From: Octopus sinensis
Taxonomy: Eukaryota
Assembly: GCF_006345805.1 (NCBI RefSeq)
Contig: NC_043013.1
Span: forward strand, 52,080,001-52,144,000
Length of the DNA stretch: 64,000 nucleotides
Direction of reading: 5' to 3'
The first letter of the stretch is position 1. Each line of letters begins with the position of its first letter. The notes beneath the pieces are model-generated. The model was not told the origin of the DNA and did not search any database. It saw only the letters and a list, made by a program, of their open reading frames with translations. Both the position numbers and the translations under genes were made by a program. Positions 52,850 through 64,000 of the stretch are shown piece by piece.

Positions 52850-52888
<39 letters not shown>

Positions 52889-53025
52889 TGCAGAAGTATG
52901 TGTATACATATATATATATATATCTATATATATGTGTGTGTGTGTGTGTATATATATATACACACACACACACACATATAGATATACATATATAGATAGA
53001 TAGATAGATACATATGTAGACATAG

Positions 53026-53064
<39 letters not shown>

Positions 53065-53130
53065 TAGATAGATACATTTATATACACACACACATATATA
53101 TACATATATATATATATAATATATATATAT

Positions 53131-53162
<32 letters not shown>

Positions 53163-53659
53163 TACATACATACACATATATACATACATATATATATATA
53201 TATATACATATATAGATAGATATGTAGACAGATATATAGATATATATATATAGTTAGATATTTATACATACTTACTCACATACATATATTTGGACAAAGT
53301 TCAATTGATTATGGAAAATTAGTGTTTTAGAAATTGGTGGAAGTGGTGAGGGTGGACGGATGCGGGTAGAGTGGGAGGCTTGTGGGGTGGGCAAGGATGG
53401 GTTCGGAGTGGCGCTGAGCGTGATGTGTTGGTGGCAGTGGGCAAGGGCTGGAGGGAAATGTGGTCAGTGATGATGGTGAAGGGGGTGACTGTGGATGGTT
53501 GGGATGGAAGAAACGAGTTAAGGGTCGGGGGATAAATGTGGTGGGTTGGCAATGATGATGGTTGGAGTATGGTGGTTGTGGTGGTGGTGGAGGTGGAATA
53601 AATATAGTGATACTATAGTGAGCCAAACAGTCCAGAATTTGTGTGTATATCTGTATGTA

Positions 53660-53698
<39 letters not shown>

Positions 53699-53859
53699 AC
53701 ACACGCACATATATATTCAAACATTCGCACACATGCATATATATATATATGGATGTGCATGTGTATAAATATATATCTGCTTGTGCCTGTCTGTACCTAT
53801 CTGTTTATCTAAGTGTATGTATTTGAACATCTGTGTGCATGTGTGTGTGTGTATGTATG

Positions 53860-53891
<32 letters not shown>

Positions 53892-54327
53892 TATATAAGT
53901 ACATGTGTATGTGTCCATATGTATGTGTATGTATCTATGTACATGTCTGTATATGTATGCATTTGCAATTTTGCACTTTTATCCATAAATATACTGTTTT
54001 ACATTCACACAAATACTAATGTGTATGTGTGTGTATGTATATATCTATTTATATATATATATACATACACACACACATATACATACACAGTTGTGTGTTG
54101 ATTTGGGATATATATATATATATATATTTTTTATATAATATATATATATATATATGTTTATATGTTATTTTGTTATGACATATATATTTGATTGCAACAA
54201 AAGTACACCACTCGTACACGTCCATCCAGTCCATACCAGTGTGGATAAAGAGAATGTGAAACCACTAATTGAAAACCCCCCTTTATGTGTGGGTTTGTCT
54301 TTCTCTTACATACATACATCTATAGCA

Positions 54328-54359
<32 letters not shown>

Positions 54360-55216
54360 CCTTTTAGTTGTAGATGCTGCAGATAATGTGAAACATCTGA
54401 TTGCTCTTTTAAATAAACTAGCAGTATCGCCTGGCATTGCTTGGGATTGTTTCAAACCCTTTAGAATTGGAATTTTTGAAAAGTAAAAATTTTGCATTAT
54501 GTAGCTTGTTATTCTCTTTAAGTTAACATTTTTCTGGTTGAAATACACTAAAAAATGGTGACACAGCAGTGAAAAAATCGTAAAAAATAGGGATTTTTAA
54601 AGAAAAAAGCAACTTTTTGATGTAAATAATTTTTGGTGTTAACGTTGTCCGATTTGAATTTTTTCTGCTACGGAAGGAAGAGCAAGCCTTCTTCTATGAT
54701 ACTCTCAATTTTGGTCAACTTGTGCCGCAGGGTCTCGGAGGAGACAGTGTTAGTTGAAGGCTACCAAACCTGCCATACACAGACAACTTCAGCTTTATAT
54801 ATAGAGAGATGAAAAGAGCTGAGAATCATATTTCAGGTCTGTTTTAGGGATAGTTATTCCCTCATCAGAGTGTGTGCACCGTTATGTTCTACTGCTGCAC
54901 AACCAACTTGTTATTTAAATTGCTACATATTAATGTGTGTGTGTGTGCCTTTTATCTTCTACTTGTTTCAGTCATTAGAGCGTGGCCAAGCTGGGGCACT
55001 GCCTTGAAGAATTTTAGTTGAATGAATCACCCCCCAGTGTTTACTTTTTGTTAAGCATACTTATTCTATCAGTTTTCTTTTGTCAAACCGCTAAGTTATA
55101 AGAACGTAAACACACTCAACACCAGTTGTCAAGTGTCCTGATTAGCCTATACGTTTGTAGCCAGCCATGTTGTTTATTAAACAGTGTGTCTTTATAGAAT
55201 GCAGTGTAAATCAAAA

Positions 55217-55433
55217 TACAAGGTGTGGCAGAAAAACCTCCTGTATTTTGCATGGCCATGAGTGTGGCACAAATAAAGTTAGACAGATGGCTCTGGTGTC
55301 TCCATGCAGCTAATGTTTTACCATTTTCTTTCCATGTCATTATCAGGATTTAAACCTGCGCTTTTTGTGTCGCTACTGTTGAAATGTTTATCAACCTGTA
55401 AAATGCATGAGATTATTTTTGCCACACCCTATA
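55217..55433. mobile_element. Tc1/mariner-type MITE
   Basis: TIRs tacaaggtgtggcagaaaa / tttttgccacaccctata with TA flanks. Confidence 0.7.
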
Positions 55434-55897
55434 CCCGAAACTTGTATTGTGTAGATTGGTCCATCAAGAACTCCCCCACACCTTCGCCTACTGTTCATTA
55501 AATGATAAGTTACAAATTGCCCATGCTATGTTCTGCAAGAAAGCTTTTAGAAAAAAGTGATTATTTTAATCAAACTGAAGTTAATTTTGTGCAGTATTTT
55601 ATTATCCTATCGTGTGTTCCTTATAAATCCTTACCGTATTCTTTATTACCATATTTTTATTATTTTAACGTCCATTTTTCCATGTTTGCATGGCTCAGAG
55701 GGACTCCATTAAGGCAGATTTTTTTTATGGCTCGATGTCTTTCTTATTTCTAATCCCTGCCTGTTCCCAAGTAAGATAATATTCTTCCATAACTGGATGT
55801 GTTTTTCTTGGAAGTCTTGAAATGCTTGGCACTGCTTGTTTGATGGTGACATTCAATCACAACCATCATGTGCTGTTGAGACAAGGAGAACCCAATG

Positions 55898-55930
<33 letters not shown>

Positions 55931-56540
55931 TTGTGTACATATATACATACATGTGTATGATAAGCTTCTTTCAGTTTGTCTTAGCAAAATCCACTCAAAG
56001 CTTTGGTTCATCTTTGACTATTGCTGAAGGTCCCGCACTGTGGGTTTGAACTTGGCACTACATGCTTGGGGCATGGACTTCTTAACTAAACAGCCATGTT
56101 TGCACCTGTGTTAAATTTTTTCTGTTGTACTCATTAAAGAAAGTTGCGACTCCCTTCAGTCATGAATGGCCATGGTGCTCCTTCAATAAATGTCTCCTAC
56201 TCTGGCTTTGGGCCAACCAAAGCTTTGTGAGTGGATTTGGTAGATGGAAACTGAAAGAAGCACTTTGTGTGTGTGCACGTGTGCATGTATGTGTATATGT
56301 ATGTGTGTGTGTGTGTATATGTGTGGGTGTGAATCCCTTTCATTTGACATTACATGCTGGTTGACATGAGAGTGGTTCATTGATAATCTTCTGTGAAAAC
56401 ATGTCTGGCAATGGAGGAAATTATGTTGCTTGGTAACAGATGAGGGTTGGTGACAGGAACAGCACCCAGCCATAGAAAAGTAGTCATTAAAACAAAAGCG
56501 ATGACGGTGAGTTATAATATTGTCTTTGTATTTCTTACAG

Positions 56541-56692
56541 ATTTTTGACCCGGAAAACACCCGGTATGAGGTGCCTATTGACGTTCACAAACCGGCCAAA
56601 CTGACAGACATAGCAAACTGTGATTACGTAGTTTCTTATGTAAAAAGGCCATTCGGACTCGTGGTCAGGCGGAAATCCACAAAGAAAGTGAT
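56541..56692 (+). CDS. Internal exon of a GH31 alpha-glucosidase (lysosomal alpha-glucosidase / maltase-glucoamylase / sucrase-isomaltase family), N-terminal beta-sandwich: IFDPENTRYEVPIDVHKPAKLTDIANCDYVVSYVKRPFGLVVRRKSTKKVI
   Basis: Canonical acceptor tgtctttgtatttcttacag and donor gtaagt; DP.N.RYEVP..Y.V....PFG..V.RKS motifs; phase 0 to phase 2, as recalled for the IKDPANRRYEVP..GRVL exon of human GAA. Confidence 0.92.
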
Positions 56693-56759
56693 GTAAGTGT
56701 AAACTCATTATTTTATTAATGACCTCGTGCGTTAATTGCTGAGTATAAATTACAAAGTG

Positions 56760-57425
56760 CTTTCGTTATTTACATTTGACGGATATTTGTCCTCTTCTTG
56801 TTTGTTGTTAACACAACATTTCGGCTGATATACCCTCCCTCCTTCATCGGGTGTCTTGGGGAAATTTCGAACCTGGGTTCTCATTCCTAAGGTATTTCTT
56901 GATATTATTATTATTATTATATTATTATTATTATTATTATTATTCAGGTCACTGCCTAGAATCAAACTTGGAATCTTGGGATTAGTAGTTTGCGCTCTTA
57001 ACCACTATGCCATATACCCACGCTCTAAACCACTACGCCATATGCCCAGGCATGTGACATAGTGGTTAAAAGCACAGGCTACTAATCCCAAGATTCTGAG
57101 TTCGATTCCAGGCAGTGACATAAATCATAATACTAATAATAATATTAATTCGTTTATTGGCCACATGGGCTAACAAGAATCAATTAAAACATCAAGGGAC
57201 AAAACACAGGACGAAAGTTACAAAGGGTTTTGTCCGTTTGAAAAAAGTCCGTGTAACATTGAAAAATACCTTAGGAATAAGAACCCAGGTTTGAAATTTC
57301 CCCAAGAGACATGATGAAGGTTGGAGGATATATCAGCCGAAACATTGTGTTAACAACAAACAATATTAGGACAAATATCCATCAAATGTAAATAATGTAA
57401 ATAATTCCTCATCTTTTAAATATAG
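56760..57425. mobile_element. Head-to-head pair of tRNA(Arg)-headed, hammerhead-bearing SINE-like elements
   Basis: Minus copy: ribozyme region 56810-56857, head 56945-57047. Plus copy: head 57049-57120 (A-box tgacatagtgg, B-box gagttcgattcc), ribozyme region 57304-57352. Confidence 0.85.
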
Positions 57426-58699
57426 AACTGTACAAAGTGTTTTGTCCAAAACATTGAGGGTTCTGCAAGCTCATTACCGTTAATAAGACAGTTGTGAGAT
57501 TTGAACCTATGGCCAAGGGGTTAATGCTCTATCAACTTTATAACTACTTCATCTCTTAGAGCACTGCTCCTGGGTTCAGTTCCACTGTGTGGCATCTTGG
57601 GCAAGTGTCTTCTACTACAGCCTTGGGCTGACCAAAGTGTTATGAGTGGATTTGGTAGATGGAAACTGGAAGAAGCCTGTTGTGTGTGTACGTGTGTGTG
57701 TGTGTGTACTCCACTACTGCTTGACAACTGGTGTTGGTGTGTTTACACCCCTGTAACTTAGCAGTCTGACAAAAGAGACTGATAGAATAAGTGTCAGGCT
57801 TAAAAAAAGGAAAATAGTACTGGGGGTCGATTCATTTGACCGAAAATTCTTCATGGTGGTGCCCCAGCATGGCCACAGTCTAATGACTGAAACAAGTGAA
57901 AGGTAAAAGATACATGGACTGTCCCCCTCCCTCCACCACGCACACACACTCAGGTATGCAGATATGTATACACAGACATACACACAGCTGTTATACACAC
58001 ACACACACACAACCATTCTGGACTGCAGTGAAATTTCATAAAAAGCCCTTCACGCACCCATAAGTTGTCAGTTTGCCAAACTGGTCGGTGCCAATATAGT
58101 TCAGTTGTTCTGTTAGCGACCCATTGAAGAAGGTAAATCATAAGAGTTCCTTTAGGAACGTGGCCAAATTTAAATATGATCAACAGATTTAAGTAACTGG
58201 AAGATGAAAGGCTGGAGAAAAGGATGGAGAAGGAAAGAAAGAAGGATGAAGAATAAGTTGAAGTAAAATGGAAAGAAGCTGAAGGAGTTTGAAGAGTAGA
58301 TTGGGAAAGAAGTTGAAGGTTGAGATGTTATCGTCATTTAGTGTCCACTTTTCCATGCTTCCATGGGTCAAATGGAATTTGCTGAGGCAGATTTTCTATG
58401 GCCCGGTGCTCTTCCTGTTCCCAACCCTCGCCTGTTTCTAAGCAAGGTAATATTTCCCCTTGGCCAGATGTGTTTATCACAAAGGATTGTAAGCAAAGGA
58501 CACTGCTTACAGGATGGAAATGCTCCTCTTACGAATATTGCATGGTTTCAGGGCAAGGAAGACAAACACTCCGTAAAAAAGACTGTCCTGAGATAAACTT
58601 GGAAAATCCCTCTGTTATGGAAAACATTCATAAACACCAACTCAAGGAAGACTGATGGAATATTCCCATCAAAAGGTCTGTCAAATGTAAACATAACAT

Positions 58700-58871
58700 A
58701 GGCGCAGGAGTGGCTGTGTGGTAAGTAGCTTGCTAACCAACCACATGGTTGCGGGTTCAGTCCCACTGTGTGGCATCTTGGGCAAGTGTCTTCTGCTATA
58801 GCCCCGGGCCGACCAATGCCTTGTGAGTGGATTTGGTAGACGGAAACTGAAAGAAGCCTGTCGTATATATG

Positions 58872-58937
<66 letters not shown>

Positions 58938-59140
58938 TGTGTGTGTGTTTGTCCCCCTAGCATTGCTTGACAACCGATGCTGGTGTGTTTACGTCCCCGT
59001 CACTTAGCGGTTCGGCAAAAGAGACCGATAGAATAAGTCCTGGGCTTACAAAGAATAAGTCTTGGGGTCGATTTAATCGACTAAAGGCGGTGCTCCAGCA
59101 TGGCTGCAGTCAAATGACTGAGACAAGTAAAAGAGTAAAG
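58700..59140 (+). mobile_element. Full-length near-consensus family B SINE
   Basis: aggcgcaggagtggctgtg to aagtaaaagagtaaag. Confidence 0.9.
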
Positions 59141-59148
59141 AGAGAGAT

Positions 59149-59585
59149 AACAGACCGAATATTGTTGTTTGGGACAGAGGGGCAAAGGTATGTACCACCA
59201 TAGAGGTCAACTGCCCTCCTGATATAAATATCTCTTTTAAAATTAAAGAAAAATAGGATATCTGTGGACAACTGTTTTGAAATCTCCAGCTTCTATGTCC
59301 AGACTATGAATTTATATTCATACCAATAATAATTGGAGCACTAGGTTTTATTAATAAATGCTTAAAGGAGAATCTGGATAAACTGGGATTTTCAGAAAGA
59401 GAAATTGACTGGTTGATTCGTACATTACAAGTGCAATCTGTGAGAGGAACAGCAAAAATATGCAAGACTTTTCTCAAGTTCCAAATGTGAATTTGTCTGT
59501 GTTAACTACATCCCAAAGATGGAGCCTTGTATCTTTGTTGGAAACTGGCTCCCTCCTCAGAGGAAGAATAATAAAAATAAAAAAT
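59149..59585 (+). pseudogene. Dong/R4-clade LINE 3' end (restriction-like endonuclease domain)
   Basis: NRPNIVVWDRGAKVCTTIEVNCPPDINISFKIKEK*..FIPIIIGALG..LQVQSVRGTAKICKTFLKFQM*; in frame with two stops; A-rich tail. Confidence 0.85.
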
Positions 59586-59995
59586 TGAAGAGACATACAA
59601 ATGTACACACACACACACACACACATGAAGGGCTTCTTTCAGTTTCCATCGATCAAATCCCCTCACAAGGCTTTGGTCATCTTCAGACTATAATAGAGAA
59701 TGATTATCAATGGTACTGTGCAGTGGAAATGAACCTGAAACCATGTGGTTTGGAAGCAAACTTCTTAACAGCTAACCATCTGCCTATAGTCATTCCCAAA
59801 TATATATATATATCTTTTATTCTTTTATTTGCTTCAGTCATTTGACTGTGGCCATGCTGGAACAGCACCTTTAGTCGAACAAATCAACCCTGGTACTTAT
59901 CCTATCAGTCTCTTTTGCCGGACCGCTAAGTTACGGAGACGTAAACACACCAGCATCAGTTGTCAAATGATGGTGTCGGGGACAAACATAGACAC

Positions 59996-60034
<39 letters not shown>

Positions 60035-62169
60035 CACACACACAGAATGTCTTTGAAGCATTGAAGTTAGGAAGCTTCCTTCCCAACCGCAAGGTTTTAG
60101 GTTCAGTCCCATAGCGTGGCGCTTTCAGTAAGAGTCTTCCACTACAACCCCAGGCTGACCAAAGCCACGTGGGCAGGTTTGTTTGTTAGAAACTGAAAGA
60201 AGCCTGTTACCTTACCCCTCCCCTCCATCCCTCCCCCTGCCTGTCTCCTCCTCTCTCCCCGTCCACGTCCCCCCCTCATAAATGTGTGTATGTGTGTTTT
60301 TGTGTCCTTATCTGGACTTTGTGTGGTAGCTGTAAACAAGTGCCACTGTCATACAAGCAACGTCTTTTGCTTCCAGTCTGCCATGAAAACATGTCTGGCC
60401 TTGGGGGAAATATTAACTTACTTGCAACCATGTTAGGGTTGGGAGCAGTAAGAGCACCCAGTTGTAGAAAATCTGCTTCAATGAACTCAGTCTGTTCCAT
60501 GCAAACATGGGAATGTAAAATTTGGAAAAAAGTACAATGATGATGTTTATTAATTAACAGAGAGAAATCTCACAGTTTTAAACACATCTATGAAGTGGAA
60601 CAAACTCAACCGGGAAACAAAGATGCTATTTAAAAGGAACTCGCCACCGTTCCCCTGCTATTTACACTGTAAATGGAAATGGCTAAATTTATATATAGTG
60701 TCTCCAGTTTTAAATACTTCAAATGTAGTTGCTTTTTTTTGCTTCTTGCTTTTTTTTTGCTGAGTTTTAATCATTTTGGGTTTTTTTTTAGTTTTTTGTT
60801 TTACATGTTATTTATTTTCTCTTTTTGTTATTTTTTTGTTTGTTTGGTCATGTTTTCATGAACGCAAAAGAAAAGAAAAAAAGAATCAGGAGGAAAAAAA
60901 AATCAATGAAAGAACACCCAAGTTAACTGCTACTTGTACTACTACCTCTTCTGGAACCACCACCACCACCACCAACACTACTACCACTACCACCACCACC
61001 ACTACTACTACTACTGCCACCACCATCACTATTACTACTAACTACTACTACCATCACGAATACTACTAAAACTACCACAACCGATGCTGGTGCTTACGTC
61101 TCTGTAACTTAGCAGTTTGGCAAAAGAGACTGATAGAATAGGTACTAGGCTTACAAAAAATGAATCCTGGAATCAATTTGTTTGACTAAAGACAGTGCTC
61201 CAGCATGGCCACAGTCAAATGACCGAAACAAATAAAAGAATACACACACACACACACACACATGTGTACATGTATTTGTGTGTGTGTGTGTGCGTGTGTG
61301 TTTGTTCATATCTACTGAAATAGCTACAAGAATGTTCCCCTTACCCCATGGTATGCTTCCCCTTGTCTCCACCCTCACTTCCCAATCTTGACCCTCCACT
61401 TCATTCATTTTCAACCTTCACTGCCCCACCCCCTACTCTCCACAACAGACTCACCCTCACCACCCCACTCTCCACTGCACGCCCATCTTCACTTCTCTTC
61501 CCCAAGTCCACTCCCCCACCTACCCCCACCCCCACTGATTGTTTACTGCACCTCACAGCCATCCCCAAGCACTATGCTCCACCTTGTTCTCCTTGACCCT
61601 CATCAGCCTTACCCTTTATCCCCAAACCTACCCCCTATCTTGTCCCCCCCACCCTCACTGCTGCTCTCTACACCTAAGCCCCTCCCCCCCATTCTATTCT
61701 ATTTTCTCTCTGTTAATCATCAAAGACCACAACCAGAAAATTGATGTGCAGCCAATTGGCAGTAAAGGCCTCCACCGGTTCCTCTCAGAATTACCAAAGT
61801 ATTTTTTTTTTGTGTTTGAAACCAGCAAAGATTTTATTTGGACAAGAAATAATTTGGCAGGTGTTTTTCTTTCATTGTTTTTTTGATATTTTTTAAATAT
61901 TTTTTTTTTTATCTCCACTGATATTTGTTGTACTTGTTTTATTGAACCACCACCTGGTCAGTGCTGGCCACATCTCTGGTCACACACCACTTTGACTAGT
62001 TTTAGGCAGTAGTTACTAGATCGTCTGTGAATTCTGCACAGGTAAACTGTGGGAAGCGTGACCTACTGCATGGCATCTTAGACAAGTCTATTCTGCTATT
62101 GCTCAGCCTGGGCTGACCAATGCCTTGTGAGTGAGTTTAGCCTGTCTTTATAGATATATGTCATGTGTG

Positions 62170-62530
62170 TATATGTGTGGTAAGTAGCTTGCTCACTAAC
62201 CACATGGTCCCGGGTTCAGTTCCACTGCATGGCACCTTGGGCAAGTGTGTTCTACTATAGTCTCAGGCTGACCAAAGCCTTGTGAGTGGATTTGGTAGAC
62301 GGAAACTGAAAGAAACCCGTTGTGTGTGTGTATGTGTTTGTTCCCCCACCATCGCTTGACAACCAATGCCAGAGGGGTTATATCCTAGTAATCTAGCAGT
62401 TCGGCAAATGAGACCAATAGAATAAGTACTAGGCTTACAAAGAATAAGCTCTGGAGTCGATCTGCTCGACTAAAGGCAGTGCTCCTGCATGGCTGCAGTC
62501 AAATGACTGAAACAAATAAAAGAATAAAAG
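62170..62530 (+). mobile_element. Family B SINE
   Basis: Diagnostic head and tail. Confidence 0.85.
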
Positions 62531-62678
62531 AATATGTGTGTGTGTGTATCATCCTTATCATTTAGCATCCACTTTCCATGCTGGCATGTGTTAAACAGTT
62601 TGACTGGAACTTATAAACTGAAGAGCTGTGTGTGTATATATGTATGTGTGTGTGTATGTATGTCTGTGTGTGTACGTA

Positions 62679-63573
62679 TTGGGTCATCCCATAAATAATG
62701 CGGTTTTTTAATACTTATATTAATTTTCAAAATTAAGATAAAGTTCTTTTTTTAATCTAAAATATACTCTCCTTCATTTTCTGCAATTCTCTTCCATCTA
62801 TCTGATAGATATGTGAGGCCCCTCTTCCAAAATTCACTTGTCTGTGATGAAAAATACTCCTCCAAAGCTGTTCTGACCTTGTCTACAGAATTCATATCTT
62901 TCCTGTTCAAATAATTTTGAAGACTGCAGAATGAATGATAAGCAGATGTAGCAATGACCGGCGAATATGGTGGGGTGGGGTAACATTTCCCATTCAAACT
63001 GCTCCAACCTTTGGAATGTCATCCTCACTGTAAGCATTATGTCTGAAAATCAAAGATGGTCGATTTTCAATTGTATGCAGGTGTCGATGAATGGTTGAAT
63101 GACCAAATCCAAGCTTCTCTGCTAGTTCTTCAACAGTTATGACATGATTTTGTTCCACCAGGGTTTGCTGGACATTCTCATTGAGCTCCACAGATCTTCC
63201 ATGACAAGGCTTATCTTCTTGGCTGTAGTTTCCGGCTCAGAATTTCTGGAACCACCATTGACACTGGCTTACACTTATTGTCCAATCCCCATATACTGCA
63301 TTAATATTCCTCGCACTTTCCGTTGCGTTGTTGCCTTTATTGAACTCATAAAACAGAATATGCCGAATATGCCATTTTGTCACTTCCATTATAGATTTGA
63401 AAAAATAACTGTTAAAATCAAACTGCACTCTTCAAAACTTGCACTAAGAATTAGTACAAGGTAAAATTACTACCTGCTTTTAGAGAAAGTTGATGCAGGT
63501 AGTTTATCCTGTCCCCCTCCGACTTTTAGTTCATGCAATTGAAAAAAAACGCATTATTTATGGGATAACCCAA
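62679..63573 (-). mobile_element. Internally deleted mariner transposon (about 895 bp) with transposase pseudogene
   Basis: TIRs ttgggtcatcccataaataatgcg / cgcattatttatgggataacccaa with TA flanks; MEVTKWHIRHILFYEFNKGNNATE.., LAEKLGFGHSTIHRHLH, PYSPVIATSAYH (YSPDLAP-like), RWKRIAENEGEYILD*; most of the DD34D domain is missing. Confidence 0.92.
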
Positions 63574-64000
63574 TATATGTATGTATGTGTATGTATATAT
63601 GTATGTATGTATTTGTGTGTATATATATGTGTATGTGTGTGCATGTTTCTTTGACTTAATATTGTGTGATAGTTGTAAATGAATGTCACTGTTATATGAG
63701 CAGTATCATTCATTCTCACCAATATTCTGTGAAAACACATCTATGTGGGAAATGGTACGTTGCTTGGAAGCAGGTGAAGGTTGATGACAGGAAGGGCATC
63801 CAGCCATAGAATGTCTGCCATAGTAAAGTACATCTGACCCATGCAAGCATTTAAAAGTGGACTCTAAAATGTCTTTTGTTTGTCCACTCACCTGTGTGTG
63901 TGTGTTTGTCACTCCACTGCTTGACAAACCGTGTTGGTTTGTTTACGTCCCTGTAACTTAGTGGTTCAGCAAAGGAAACCAATAGATTAAGTACCAAACT

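Noticed and set aside
57049-57120. Functional tRNA gene
   Set aside because: No acceptor-stem pairing, degenerate anticodon arm, and it continues into a repeat body; it is a SINE head. The same applies to the other tRNA-like heads.
60576-60650. Next GH31 exon (acceptor then LNTS..KWNKL..LFKRNSPP)
   Set aside because: It lacks the conserved DQF.Q.S..LP...YG.GEH block and has no clear donor; probably coincidence.

Overview
AT-rich, repeat-saturated eukaryotic DNA, most likely an octopod cephalopod genome (inferred from the SINE, RTE and microsatellite repertoire; not database-verified). Most of the window is microsatellites, several tRNA-derived SINE families, RTE, Dong/R4 and CR1-like LINE remnants, and Tc1/mariner, hAT, piggyBac, Kolobok and Helentron-type non-autonomous elements. 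Host coding sequence is sparse. There is one clear internal exon of a GH31 alpha-glucosidase (GAA/MGAM/SI family) at 56541-56692 (+) and two probable exons of an unidentified gene on the minus strand (18116-18185 and terminal exon 9715-9870). The largest TE coding remnants are a 5'-truncated, young-looking RTE LINE (27003-29039; RT with an embedded C4HC3 PHD-like finger and a 5x98-bp tandem array in its 3' UTR) and an internally deleted mariner (62679-63573). The most interesting signal is a family of tRNA(Arg)-headed SINE-like elements whose body carries a Penelope-type minimal hammerhead ribozyme (5 copies, two arranged as inverted pairs), plus remnants of up to three other hammerhead families. 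Other oddities are a decayed 21-bp mucin-like coding array, a 61-bp mosaic copy of it inserted 4.3 kb away between 12-bp direct repeats, and several near-perfect fold-back palindromes. No rRNA, intact tRNA or CRISPR array is supported. Nearly all long ORFs in the supplied track are microsatellite artefacts.
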